From Microbacterium sp. (GTDB taxonomy: Bacteria; Actinomycetota; Actinomycetes; Actinomycetales; Microbacteriaceae): 64,000 nt of DNA. The first letter of the stretch is position 1; each line of letters opens with the position of its first letter. Made by a program: the position numbers and the translations under genes. The stretch lies in NCBI GenBank assembly GCA_047605925.1, contig JASGEY010000028.1, positions 141,156 through 205,155 of the forward strand. Direction: 5' to 3'. Below the pieces are notes generated by a model that did not search any database, was not told where the DNA came from, and worked only from the letters and a program-made list of their open reading frames with translations. Shown in pieces: positions 10,511 to 20,181 of the stretch.

Positions 10511-12028
10511 CTACTTGTCGGTGTTGACGGTGACGCCGGCCAGGTCGATGCGGGAGTTGATCGAGTCGGTGGGGAAGCCGGACACGCCCTGGCTCACCGC
10601 GGTGATCGTCGCGCCGTTGTACAGCCAGTCGGCTGCGTGATCCTCGGAGACGAGTTTCGCGGCCTGAGCAAGCAGCTCCGCTGATTCCTCGGCATCCACG
10701 CTCTGCAGCGCCTGCGCGTACAGGCTCTGCACCTCAGAGTTGTCGTAGCCGAAGTAGTAGTCCGGGTTGGCGAAGTTGGCGAAATCGCGCGGCTCGACGT
10801 GGAGCACGAAGCTCAGGTCGTAGTCGTGGTTGGTGTAGACGTCCTCCAACCATGCGGGGAACTCGACGGAGTCGACGTCGAGGGTGACTCCCACCTTCGC
10901 GAAGTCCGAGATGAGCACCTTCGGCACCGTCGTGCCGTAGAACGACGGGATGGTGAGGGTGAGGGAGAGGTCCTCCTGCCCTGCCTCCTTGAGGAGTTCC
11001 TTCGCCTTGTCGGGGTCGTAGGAGACCACGTCTGAGAGATCCTCGTAGCCGGGGTCGAGCTCGGGGATCGGCCCGTAAAGGGGGGTTCCTGCCCCGACGG
11101 CCTCGATGAGAGCCTCGTGGTCGATGGCCAGGCGCAGTGCCTCACGCACGCGCACATCGTCGAGCGGGGCTTTCTTGTTGTTGAAAGCCAGTGTCGCCTT
11201 GTCGGTGGTCCGCCCGGTCGTCAGGGTGAAGTCGGTGCCGTCGAACTGCGACACCAGGTTCGGGTCGACGGCGGTCAGTACCTGTACGCCGCCATCGAGT
11301 GCTGTGTTGACGCCGGCGGTGAAGTCCGGGATGTACTGGAACTCGACCTCGGCCACTCCAGCCTTCTCGCCCCAGTATGCGTCGTTGCGTGAGAATGTGA
11401 TTGCGCTGCCCTTGCTCCAGCGGGTGAGCGTGAAGGGCCCTGTGCCGTTCTCGGCGGTCTTGAGGTCGGTCGTGTCCCCGGTTTGGAATACGAGCCCAGC
11501 AGGTCCGGTCAGCGCGAAGAGGAAGTTCTGGTTCGGTGTGTTCAGCGTGATCACAACGGTCGCGGCGTCTGGGGCCGTGATCGAGGCGACGTCGGCGAAC
11601 TCCGCGTTGCCCTGCACAGTGGCGTCTGTGCGGACCGTCTCGAAGGAGGAGACGACATCGGCGGAGGTCAGCGGGCTTCCGTTGTGGAAGGTCACCCCGT
11701 CGCGCACTGCGAAGGTGTAGGTGAGCCCGTCGGCGGAGACCGTGTAGTCGGATGCGAGGCGCGCCTCGATCTCGTTGTCCTGGGTGCGGCTGACCAGGCC
11801 CTCGTAGATGTTGTCGATGAGGATCTGCTCGAGGGCCGCTCCGCTGGTGTGGCGGATGTCGAGGTTGGTGGGCTCGAGGACGAGGCCGACCTGCAAGGTG
11901 GCATCCGGGTCGGGTGTGCCCTCCGATGTCGCTGCGGGCTTAGGTGCGGTGGAGGTGCAGGCGCTGAGGATCACGGCGGTGGCCGCAATCACAGAAACGA
12001 GCGCGAGTCGTCGGGTGCGACGGATCAT
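10511..12028 (-). CDS. ABC substrate-binding lipoprotein, family 5
   Basis: Signal peptide with LSAC lipobox; TYTFAVRDGVTFHNG, GTGPF, DVRVREAL. Confidence 0.92.
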   Translation of the reverse strand: MIRRTRRLALVSVIAATAVILSACTSTAPKPAATSEGTPDPDATLQVGLVLEPTNLDIRHTSGAALEQILIDNIYEGLVSRTQDNEIEARLASDYTVSADGLTYTFAVRDGVTFHNGSPLTSADVVSSFETVRTDATVQGNAEFADVASITAPDAATVVITLNTPNQNFLFALTGPAGLVFQTGDTTDLKTAENGTGPFTLTRWSKGSAITFSRNDAYWGEKAGVAEVEFQYIPDFTAGVNTALDGGVQVLTAVDPNLVSQFDGTDFTLTTGRTTDKATLAFNNKKAPLDDVRVREALRLAIDHEALIEAVGAGTPLYGPIPELDPGYEDLSDVVSYDPDKAKELLKEAGQEDLSLTLTIPSFYGTTVPKVLISDFAKVGVTLDVDSVEFPAWLEDVYTNHDYDLSFVLHVEPRDFANFANPDYYFGYDNSEVQSLYAQALQSVDAEESAELLAQAAKLVSEDHAADWLYNGATITAVSQGVSGFPTDSINSRIDLAGVTVNTDK

Positions 12029-12125
12029 GGGTTTTCCTCTCGGTGCGGCAGATGCTGTGTGCCGGTGGGTCGAGCCTAGGGAATTGGTCACTGGCGAGGG
12101 TCGGGTGCGGAATGGAACGTCACAT

Positions 12126-13082
12126 TCACGGTGTGGTGTCGATGAGGGTGGTGTCGATGAGCGCGGTGTCGGCGAGGGTGGTGTCGATGAGGTCGGCGAG
12201 CTGTGCTGGCGCTGTTTCCTGGACGTTGTGAGTGGCATCGACGACGACGACGCGAGCATGCGGTAGGCGTCGCGAGAACTCTGCGGCATCCGTGTCGCTC
12301 ACGAATCCTCTGGTCGCTCTCACGAGGGTGATCGGGGCGGTCACTGCGGCGAGATCGTCCCAGCCCGTTGCAGTAAGGGAAGTGGGGGATGCCGCCGCGT
12401 CAGATGTGGGAACAGCGAGCGCTTGAGCGGCAAGATGGGCGAAGTGATGCTTCCACTCGATGCGTCCGTCTGGACGCACACGCGTGTTGAGGAACACGCC
12501 GCGCTCGGTCTCCGGTCGCGTCCCGCCGAAACCAAACGCAATAGCCTTGTCAACGAGCTCGTCGCGCGTGGCGAAGTCGGTGGGTCCTTCGTAGAAGGCG
12601 CGCAGCGCTGCGGGGCCGGCTGTGACATCGATGCCGGGGGTGATGTCGATCACGATCACTGCAGAGACGAGGTCAGGCCTGGATACGGCGAGAGCCGCCG
12701 CAGTGAGGCCGCCGAGCGACTGGCCGACGACGAGCTGGGGCTGCTCGGTCCATCTCTCCAGCGCGAATGCGATGTCGGCGGCGAGCGGTCGGGCGAGGTA
12801 GCTCGCATCGCTTCGCCATGACGAGTCGCCGTGGCCTGCGAGATCGATGGCCAGGAGCGGGCGTTGCACAGCGAGAGCTGTCGTGTCCCAGGTGTGGGCG
12901 TTCAAGCCGGCGCCGTGCAGCAGAGTGATTTCTGGCTCACCCGTGCCGTATCGCAGCGCGCTGAGTATCCGGCCGTCGGGCAGTTCGAGGTGCACGCGCT
13001 CGGCGCGAGGGAGCTCGACACCGAGAGCCTCGGCCTGCGCGGGGAGATAGCGGAACTCGCTGGTATCGATCAGCACGTCCAT
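12126..13082 (-). CDS. Alpha/beta fold hydrolase
   Basis: LHGAG, DLAGHGDS, GQSLGG nucleophile, C-terminal THNVQ His. Confidence 0.88.
   Translation of the reverse strand: MDVLIDTSEFRYLPAQAEALGVELPRAERVHLELPDGRILSALRYGTGEPEITLLHGAGLNAHTWDTTALAVQRPLLAIDLAGHGDSSWRSDASYLARPLAADIAFALERWTEQPQLVVGQSLGGLTAAALAVSRPDLVSAVIVIDITPGIDVTAGPAALRAFYEGPTDFATRDELVDKAIAFGFGGTRPETERGVFLNTRVRPDGRIEWKHHFAHLAAQALAVPTSDAAASPTSLTATGWDDLAAVTAPITLVRATRGFVSDTDAAEFSRRLPHARVVVVDATHNVQETAPAQLADLIDTTLADTALIDTTLIDTTP
12133..12192. repeat. Imperfect 15-bp tandem repeat (about 4 units) at the hydrolase 3' end
   Basis: GGTGTCGATGAGGGT-like units encoding LIDTT/LADTA/LIDTT/LIDTT. Confidence 0.75.
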
Positions 13083-13253
13083 ATTCTGCTCCTCAAAGCG
13101 AAGCTCAGTGAAATTCGCGTGCAACATGTGAAGTCTGAGTTGACAATATCGAGCATAATGGCATCATGACGGCCTCTATCATTGTCTTTATGGTTTTTGA
13201 GTGGTGATCACTCACGGCGGAGAGCGGCGCCACCGCGCACTTATCATGGATGC

Positions 13254-13730
13254 ATGAGCGATACGCGAGTGCACCTGTCGAAGACCGAGCCTGCCGCCTA
13301 TCACGCGCTCGACGAGTTCGCCAAGACTGTCGGTGAGATCTGTCGGGCGAACGGTATCGACGATCGCCTAAGAGAACTGGTGATGATCCACTGCTCCCAG
13401 CTGAACGGCTGCGGTTACTGCACCCGCATCCACGTCGATCGTGCGATCAAGGCTGGGTGGAGCACCGACGAGTTGATGCAGATCGCCACCTGGCGCGAGA
13501 GCGGCGTGTTCACCGAGCGCGAGCGGGTGGCCTTGGAACTCGCCGAATCGTTCACGTTCATCTCAGATGAGGGGGTGTCTGACGAGACATACGAACGTGC
13601 GTGCAGCGTGTTCACAGCGAAGGAGTATGCGGCGTTGAGCTGGGCATGCGTATCCATCAACGCTTTCAATCGCATTGTGATCGCCGGGCGCTATCCGGTG
13701 CTGCCGCGCGCTGCGCAGGTGCAGTCATGA
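13254..13730 (+). CDS. Carboxymuconolactone decarboxylase/AhpD family protein
   Basis: LRELVMIHCSQLNGCGYCTRIH (CxxC-H), FTERER, INAFNR. Confidence 0.88.
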   Translation: MSDTRVHLSKTEPAAYHALDEFAKTVGEICRANGIDDRLRELVMIHCSQLNGCGYCTRIHVDRAIKAGWSTDELMQIATWRESGVFTERERVALELAESFTFISDEGVSDETYERACSVFTAKEYAALSWACVSINAFNRIVIAGRYPVLPRAAQVQS

Positions 13731-14458
13731 CGATCCTCGACATCGGTGGCGTCGCCAACGTCAGAGATGTCGGGGGGATCCCGGCGCGCGGAGGGCGGAT
13801 TCGCACGGGTGTCCTGTTGCGCTCCGGTCAGTTGTCAACCGCCACGCCTGAGGGTGCAGACGAGTTGCGCCGGCGGATCACGCACATCGTGGATCTCCGC
13901 GACGGGTCGGAGGTGGCCGCCGAGCCCACGGAGATCCCCGGGATCCCGATCACGCATCTGCCGCTCTTTCTCGGATCCGTTCGTTCATTCTTCGAGGGAG
14001 ACACGAGTCTCTCCGGCCTCTACGTGCATCTGCTCGAAGCCAGTGGGGAGCGAATCGTCGAAGCGCTTCGCATCGTCGCTTCGGGGGAGCCGACCCTCGT
14101 GCACTGCACCGTCGGCAAGGACCGAACCGGCGTGACGGTGGCCTTGGCGCTCGCGGCTGTCGGGGCCGACCGCGAAGCGATCATCGACGACTACGCGCTC
14201 ACCGAGTCGCAGTTGCCTGCCGAGCGGTCGCGACGGATCACGGCCTACATCCGCGCACAGCACCCCGAGGCCGTGCATGCCGTTGCCCTGGCGACCCAGT
14301 CACCCGCCCCGGTCATGCGCGCCCTGCTCGAGGTCGTCGATGAGCGTTGGGGGTCGGCTGCGGCGTATCTGCGGGGGAACGGAATGACGGATGCCGAACT
14401 GAGCTCCCTCCATGCGGCGCTCGTCGACGAGGGGGCAACGGAGCTTTCCAAAGGTTAG
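13727..14458 (+). CDS. Tyrosine-protein phosphatase (PtpB/Y_phosphatase3-like)
   Basis: NVRDVGG, DLR, HCTVGKDRTG P-loop, DYALT; ATGA overlap. Confidence 0.9.
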   Translation: MTILDIGGVANVRDVGGIPARGGRIRTGVLLRSGQLSTATPEGADELRRRITHIVDLRDGSEVAAEPTEIPGIPITHLPLFLGSVRSFFEGDTSLSGLYVHLLEASGERIVEALRIVASGEPTLVHCTVGKDRTGVTVALALAAVGADREAIIDDYALTESQLPAERSRRITAYIRAQHPEAVHAVALATQSPAPVMRALLEVVDERWGSAAAYLRGNGMTDAELSSLHAALVDEGATELSKG

Positions 14459-14468
14459 GCAAGCCTTG
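14450..14468. promoter_or_regulatory. Putative IdeR/DtxR iron box
   Basis: AAAGGTTAGGCAAGCCTTG matches 13/19 of TTAGGTTAGGCTAACCTAA; about 25 bp upstream of a SIP-domain gene. Confidence 0.7.
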
Positions 14469-14492
14469 GCTCGGTGTTATGATGGTGCAATC

Positions 14493-14963
14493 ATGAGTAT
14501 CTCCGTCGACCAGGCCACCACCCGCTCTCAGCGGCGTGCGGCTCGTCGGCGCTCGCACCACCTCGTCACTGCCGATGAGAACTCGCTCACAGAACTCGAG
14601 GTTTTTGTCGCCACATTGCCGATCTGTGCATCGGGGCGCATCTTCATCGAGGTGCCGGATGCCTCAGACATCGGCGTCATCGATGCTCCGAGCCGCATGA
14701 CGGTCACCTGGCTGGCGCGCGGAACACGTTCAGGAGCACCCGGTACAGGGCGGGCATGCGCGCCAGGTCAGGCGCTCGCTCGCGCGGTGTGCGCGTGGGC
14801 AGATGAGGTGATGTGCGACACCGACGTGGAGACGCACGTCACCCTGCTCGGTGGATTCCTGGGAACGGCCGACATCGTCGAGCACCTCACCGACTCACTC
14901 GGCGTGGACGCCGCAGCGATCGTCGTGCCGGAGCGGTTCGGGTTGCTGCCGGCATCCCGCTGA
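14493..14963 (+). CDS. Stand-alone SIP (siderophore-interacting, C-terminal domain-like) protein
   Basis: HLVTADENSL, GRIFIEV, VTWLAR, GQALARAV pattern resembles the ViuB/SIP C-terminal domain; iron box upstream. Confidence 0.65.
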   Translation: MSISVDQATTRSQRRAARRRSHHLVTADENSLTELEVFVATLPICASGRIFIEVPDASDIGVIDAPSRMTVTWLARGTRSGAPGTGRACAPGQALARAVCAWADEVMCDTDVETHVTLLGGFLGTADIVEHLTDSLGVDAAAIVVPERFGLLPASR

Positions 14964-14993
14964 ATCGCAGTTCACCTCTGAACGTTGTGAGCG

Positions 14994-15455
14994 TCAACGG
15001 GTGATACGCGGCCCAAATCCGGTCGACGACCGAACGTAGTTTCCGTCTTCCAGACCCGCCTCGATTTCGAACCTGTTGCGCAGGGGGTTGCGTCCAGCGA
15101 ACAGATACAGCACCGGCATGAGAAAGCCGTAACGCAACCACTGCGCTTTGTGTACAGCTTCATGACGGAGCACGGCATCGCTCGGCCGTACATTTCCAGT
15201 GAGAAAGCACCCGCCAACGCACACGCCTCCACGGTTGAAGGTCCAGTTCGGCATCCCGCGGAACACCCAGAGTCCTGCACGGCGCTCCACAGGGCCTGTG
15301 CTCCACAGTGACCCCCACGTCCATCCGATTGCGGTACCCCACCAGTAGCCAATGCGGCTCAGGGGAGAGCGCAGAAGGAAGGCGGGGATGCGCCGATCGA
15401 AACGTCGGCCGCGAGCGAGTGCCGCTTCGGCCTCGACGTGCCAGTTGCTCGTCAC
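14994..15455 (-). CDS. Conserved hypothetical protein with HExxH zincin-like motif
   Basis: VLRHEAVH..NRFEIEAG; GTGA overlap with the arginase-family gene. Confidence 0.6.
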   Translation of the reverse strand: MTSNWHVEAEAALARGRRFDRRIPAFLLRSPLSRIGYWWGTAIGWTWGSLWSTGPVERRAGLWVFRGMPNWTFNRGGVCVGGCFLTGNVRPSDAVLRHEAVHKAQWLRYGFLMPVLYLFAGRNPLRNRFEIEAGLEDGNYVRSSTGFGPRITR

Positions 15456-16270
15456 GCGACGGCTCCGATGAGTCGCAGCAGTGCGCCGAGATCATCAACG
15501 GCGTCGGCAGGAGTGCGGGGAGCAAACCCAGAGATTGTGGCTCCTGCCAGAGGCACGCGATCGCGCAGGCGACGGATCGCCGCGCTCAGCGACGCCGTTG
15601 TCACCCCGAACGGGACAGCCTCGGTGACACCTGAAAGTTCAGCAGGATCGAGAACGTCGACGTCGATGTGCACCCACACTCGTTTGGCGCCGGTCGCAGC
15701 GACGGCATCGGCCAAAGCATCTGCCGAATTAAGGTCGGCGGCGCTGAGCAGGGTGAGTCCCTGTACCTGATCGACTTCGGCATCGTCGACGTTGCGCATC
15801 CCGACGGCGATAACGCGTTCACGAGGAATACCGGGAGAGAGCACCAGCTGTGGCTCGCCCTCACCGATCACAGCGCGCAGCGCCATGCCCGAGAAGGCGC
15901 CGGATGGAGACGACTCCGGGATGTTCATATCGCCGTGAGCGTCGCACCAGACCACCGCAAGGTCATCGGTGCCGCCAGGAACTGCGGCGAGTGCGGCGAC
16001 GGTGACACTGCAATCGCCGCCGATAAGTACCGTGTCGTCGGCCATCGCAGTGGAACTGATCGCGTCGGCGATCAGTTCGCGTGTGCGCAGCAGTGCGCTC
16101 AGTCGTCTCACACCGGTGCCGAGTGACTCCCCGGCTTCGACGGGAACATCGAGCACTGTCGTTGCGGCGCGCGGCAGATCGCCCGCGATCGCCGATGCTC
16201 CATCGATGAGGAGCATGGCCCTCGATGCGGGGGAGCCCTGCCATTGCGGGACGACGAGGAAACGCACCAT
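15452..16270 (-). CDS. Arginase/ureohydrolase family protein
   Basis: GGDCS, WCDAHGD, HIDVDVLDP metal-binding motifs. Confidence 0.88.
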   Translation of the reverse strand: MVRFLVVPQWQGSPASRAMLLIDGASAIAGDLPRAATTVLDVPVEAGESLGTGVRRLSALLRTRELIADAISSTAMADDTVLIGGDCSVTVAALAAVPGGTDDLAVVWCDAHGDMNIPESSPSGAFSGMALRAVIGEGEPQLVLSPGIPRERVIAVGMRNVDDAEVDQVQGLTLLSAADLNSADALADAVAATGAKRVWVHIDVDVLDPAELSGVTEAVPFGVTTASLSAAIRRLRDRVPLAGATISGFAPRTPADAVDDLGALLRLIGAVA

Positions 16271-16293
16271 GAAAGCCTCCGGGTGAAGGGAGA

Positions 16294-16328
16294 GCGGATG
16301 CCTCGGATGCAGCATCCGAGGCATCCGC
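16294..16328. terminator. Perfect 35-bp palindrome downstream of pspA (putative terminator or processing hairpin)
   Basis: GCGGATGCCTCGGATGC-A-GCATCCGAGGCATCCGC. Confidence 0.65.
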
Positions 16329-16334
16329 GGGGTA

Positions 16335-17081
16335 TCAGGAGCCTTCGATAGCTTGGCGCGGAGCGGAGTTGCCGCCTGCCTTGAGCTCTGCGAGACGGGC
16401 CTCGACCTCGGTGAGCTCGCCGATGTCCTCAAGGCTCTCGAACTGGGCGTCAAGGCTCGATGCTGCAAGCTCCGCCTTGCCCTGGGCGAGTGCCTCTTGG
16501 CGGCGAACCTTGTCTTCGAAACGGCCGAGCTCGCTGGTGGGGTCGAGAACGTTGATCGTGCCGATCGCGTCCTGCACCTTGGTCTGTGCCTCGGCGACCT
16601 TGGCGCGGGCCAGCAGTTCGCTGCGCTTGCTCTTGAGCTCGCCCAGCTTCTCCTTCATGCCGTTGAGCCCGGTCTTCAACTTGTCAACGATCTCGGTCTG
16701 CGCGGCGATCTGTGGTTCGGCGGCAGCGGCCTCACGCTCAGAGCCGATCTGACGCTGCAGAGCGATCTTGGCAAGACTGTCGAATTTGTCAGCATCTGCC
16801 GTGTTGCCTGCGGCGCGCAACTCGTCGGCCTTGCGGCTCGCGGCCAGTGCCTTGTTGCCCCACTCGGTGGCGGCCTGGACGTCTTCTTCGTGGTCGCGCT
16901 CGAGCAGGCGCAGGTTGCCGATGGTCTCTGCAATCGCGGACTCCGCATCGGCGATGTTGTTCGTGTAGTCGCGAACGAGCTGGTCGATCATCTTCTGCGG
17001 GTCTTCCGCAGAGTCGAGAAGCGCGTTGATGTTCGCGCGGACGAGGGTGGAGATTCGTCCGAAGATGGACTGCTTGGTCAT
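16335..17081 (-). CDS. pspA: PspA/IM30 family protein
   Basis: SIFGRISTLVRANINALLDSAEDPQKMIDQ, coiled coil, RFEDKV, C-terminal VEARLAELK. Confidence 0.92.
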   Translation of the reverse strand: MTKQSIFGRISTLVRANINALLDSAEDPQKMIDQLVRDYTNNIADAESAIAETIGNLRLLERDHEEDVQAATEWGNKALAASRKADELRAAGNTADADKFDSLAKIALQRQIGSEREAAAAEPQIAAQTEIVDKLKTGLNGMKEKLGELKSKRSELLARAKVAEAQTKVQDAIGTINVLDPTSELGRFEDKVRRQEALAQGKAELAASSLDAQFESLEDIGELTEVEARLAELKAGGNSAPRQAIEGS

Positions 17082-17136
17082 GCGTGTTCCTTTCAGAGGG
17101 TCCTGATCGAGATCTTCACTTGTGTGTCTATGGAAA

Positions 17137-19167
17137 TTAGAAGCGTCCGCCGCCGGATCGTCCGGATCTGCCGCCGCCTCCGGATCTGCCGCCGCCCCCG
17201 AATCCGGAGCTTCGGAAGCCGCCGCCTCCGCTGGAGCGCCAGCCGCTGCTGCGGTGCGGCGATCCGCCGCCGCCTCCAGAGAGCAATCCGCCGATGATGC
17301 CGCCGAGGATGTCACCGGCGATCCCGTTGTCGCGAGGGCCTCCGTAGGGTCCGCCGCTCCAGCTGGTGCTCCAGCTTGTGTCGTACGACGACACATCAGA
17401 TTGTGCGGACGAGTATGCCGATTGGGCGAGATCTAGGGCGCTACGCGCTGCAGACAGCGCCTGGTCTGTGCTCGTCGCCCGGAGAATCTGTGCCTGGCTC
17501 AGAGACTGCTCCGCCTGAGATAGCCTCGTCCGCGCCGTGCTGCCGACCCCGCCGCGCCTGGTCTGGATGAAGTCCCTGGCTGAGCGAATCGCTGAGTCGG
17601 CCTGAGCGATGGTCTGCTCAAGGAGCTGCTGGGTTCGCCGTGCACGATCAACGCTCTCTCGTCCCTGTGCGATGGCTGCGTCGATCTGGGCGTTCGCGGT
17701 CGTCAGCGCCTCGAGCACCTTCTGTGGGTTGCGTGACGAGCCCTGGAGCCCAGCCTGCGCTAGGTGTAGTTGCTGCTGAGTGGCGGCCACAGCCTGGGCG
17801 ATCGTTCCGCTCGGATCTGGGAGCTGCTGGGCTGTGCTGATGTCGCCCTGCAGCTCGGTCATCAGAGCCTGAGCCTGGGTCTCGATGTGAGCGAGCTCTG
17901 AGCCGAGCGCTTGGATCGCCCTGACCAGCTGAGTGGCCTGGGCGACCGACTGCTCTGCCGTGCGAATCGCGAAGGCGGCTTGGCCGCTCTGCGTGCTTGC
18001 GATCGCCTGCGCTGCAGCCTCGATCGACCGGTCGGCGAGTTCGGCGCGGGTCTGTGCCTGAGCAGGGTTGTCAGTCACTGGAGACAATGCAGACGGATCA
18101 TATGATGCCTCGAGGCTGACAAGTGCCGGGGCGGCCTCGGCGAGCAGCGGTTGCAGCGCGGCTCGCTCGGCGCGTACGCGATCGAGCTCCTGCGGAGCGT
18201 TCTGTTCGAGTTTGCGCAGGGCGTCAAAAGCTTCGGTGTTCTCATCGAGAATGTCGTCGATCTCGTCGCAGAGGCCAATGATGCGGATGTGCCACGCGCG
18301 GCGGTCGTAGACCGTGTCCTCGATCTCGTCGTCGAGTTTCTGTTTGATGTCGAAGGCCTCAGACATCTTTGCTTGTGCCGCATCGATCACAGCAGTGAAC
18401 TCGGCTGTGGCCTCATCTCCGAATTGGGCGACGGCGAAGCCGAGCTCCTCGGCGCTCGAGGTGAGGGCATCGTCTGCCTGGACCAGTGCGGCACCCGCCT
18501 GTTTCTGTACCTGCTCGTCGGTCATAGTCGAGAACGGATCGGCAGGATTGGGCGTTTCAGGCATAGCGCCCCGCTTGCGAACAGCGGCTTTGCGCCGTGC
18601 TCGCATGATGAGCACGATGATGAGCAAGACCACAAGTGCAATAGCGATGATCGCGGCGATCGTGAAGAGCATGCGCATCGCTCCCGCTCCGCCGTCGCCC
18701 TGGATTTCGTCGGCCGCGAGCACGATCGCCCCTGCCCAGTCGTCCTTGGCCAGCAGTGGCTGGATCTTCTCTTCGACGTCGTCGAGTTTGCTGTCACTGA
18801 CCGGTCCGCCCTGGGCTGCGGAGATGTAGTAGTTACGCTCCTGGGTGGCGATCGCGAGCAGATACTGCTCCGGACCGAGGTTGTTGATCGTGGCGACCGT
18901 GTCGGCCCATTCCTGGTAGTCAGCTGGAGAGGTGAAATTGTCAACGAGCACGACGAAGAGGTCGGCGGTGGAGTTCTCTGTGAGTGTCTGCAGCCGCTCC
19001 TCGACCGCCTGCTTGTCGGCATCGCTCAGCACGCCGACGGCATCGGTGACGTAACCCTGATCGAGCTGGACAGGATCGGTCGCCGATGCCGCAGTAGCCG
19101 TCAACAGCCCGGAAAGAACGGCCATCAGCACGGCGATCAGCGCGAGCCAGCGAGTTTTCATTCGCAT
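17137..19167 (-). CDS. TPM (DUF477) domain membrane protein with long coiled coil and Gly-rich tail
   Basis: Signal peptide, YVTDAVGVLS/LFVVLVDNF TPM domain, TM helix, heptad-rich cytoplasmic region, GGGRF end. Confidence 0.85.
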   Translation of the reverse strand: MRMKTRWLALIAVLMAVLSGLLTATAASATDPVQLDQGYVTDAVGVLSDADKQAVEERLQTLTENSTADLFVVLVDNFTSPADYQEWADTVATINNLGPEQYLLAIATQERNYYISAAQGGPVSDSKLDDVEEKIQPLLAKDDWAGAIVLAADEIQGDGGAGAMRMLFTIAAIIAIALVVLLIIVLIMRARRKAAVRKRGAMPETPNPADPFSTMTDEQVQKQAGAALVQADDALTSSAEELGFAVAQFGDEATAEFTAVIDAAQAKMSEAFDIKQKLDDEIEDTVYDRRAWHIRIIGLCDEIDDILDENTEAFDALRKLEQNAPQELDRVRAERAALQPLLAEAAPALVSLEASYDPSALSPVTDNPAQAQTRAELADRSIEAAAQAIASTQSGQAAFAIRTAEQSVAQATQLVRAIQALGSELAHIETQAQALMTELQGDISTAQQLPDPSGTIAQAVAATQQQLHLAQAGLQGSSRNPQKVLEALTTANAQIDAAIAQGRESVDRARRTQQLLEQTIAQADSAIRSARDFIQTRRGGVGSTARTRLSQAEQSLSQAQILRATSTDQALSAARSALDLAQSAYSSAQSDVSSYDTSWSTSWSGGPYGGPRDNGIAGDILGGIIGGLLSGGGGGSPHRSSGWRSSGGGGFRSSGFGGGGRSGGGGRSGRSGGGRF

Positions 19168-19283
19168 CCCTCCGACCGGCAGCAGTGCCCCATGAGACGA
19201 GTCTATGCATACGCGCCGACACGCGACAGCATCTGTGGTGGGATCTGCGTTCGCCCTCAGCGCAGACGCATACTCTGGAGGGC

Positions 19284-20126
19284 ATGGACGACAGGTACGC
19301 AACGGATGTGCTCGCCGCTGGGTGGCGGGAGCGCGCGAAGAAACCGGTGCCGCAGGTGCCTGCTGAACACGACCTGGTGGTCGAGGTCTCCGATGACGGA
19401 TACTGCGGGGCCGTGACCAACGTGCAGGGTGGCACTGTCGAACTCGAGGATTGGAAGGGGCGTCGGCGCCTGTTCCCCTTGGGCGGCGGCTTCCTCATCG
19501 AAGGCAAGCCGGTGACGCTCGTGCCGCCGACGGCGCACGCACACGGGATCCGGCGCACAGCATCCGGATCCTTCGCCGTCGCCGATCACCGTGCCCGCGT
19601 GGCGCTGCCCAGCCGCATCCTGGTCGAAGGAAAGCACGATGCTGAGCTCGTCGAGAAGGTCTGGGGTGCCGATCTGCGGGTCGAGGGTGTTGTCGTCGAG
19701 TACCTGCAGGGCGTGGATCTGTTGGCGGAGCTGCTTGCAGCCGAGCCGCCGAGTGCTACCCGGCGTTACGGCGTGCTTGTTGACCATCTCGTGCCCGGTT
19801 CCAAGGAATCCCGGATAGCGGATGCCGTTGCCCGCGGGCCATACGGATCTCATGTGCGCATTGTCGGTCACCCCTTCATCGATGTGTGGCAGTGCGTCAC
19901 TCCGAGGGCTCTGGGTATTGCCGCGTGGCCGGAGATTCCCCGAGGGATCGAGTGGAAGGTCGGCGTCTGCCAGGTGTTCGGCTGGCCGCACGAGGATCAG
20001 GCAGATATCGCTCGCGCCTGGCAGCACATCCTGTCGAAGGTGCACACCTATCGCGATCTCGAGCCCGCGCTGCTCGGGCGGGTGGAGGAGCTCATCGACT
20101 TTGTGACGGAGCCTGCTCGGCGCTGA
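19284..20126 (+). CDS. DUF3097 family protein (Toprim-like)
   Basis: RTASGS, ILVEGKHDAELVEKVWGADLRVEGVVVE, GVLVDHLV, LLGRVEELIDFVT. Confidence 0.88.
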   Translation: MDDRYATDVLAAGWRERAKKPVPQVPAEHDLVVEVSDDGYCGAVTNVQGGTVELEDWKGRRRLFPLGGGFLIEGKPVTLVPPTAHAHGIRRTASGSFAVADHRARVALPSRILVEGKHDAELVEKVWGADLRVEGVVVEYLQGVDLLAELLAAEPPSATRRYGVLVDHLVPGSKESRIADAVARGPYGSHVRIVGHPFIDVWQCVTPRALGIAAWPEIPRGIEWKVGVCQVFGWPHEDQADIARAWQHILSKVHTYRDLEPALLGRVEELIDFVTEPARR

Positions 20127-20181
20127 GAGCCTCGGGCTGCTCGCCCCCACGGCCTGGACGTTGCCCCGGTACGCTGGAGCG

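Noticed and set aside
13140-13165. TTGACA..CATAAT promoter in the divergent intergenic region
   Set aside because: Spacing between the two hexamers is only about 8 bp, incompatible with a sigma-70-type promoter.
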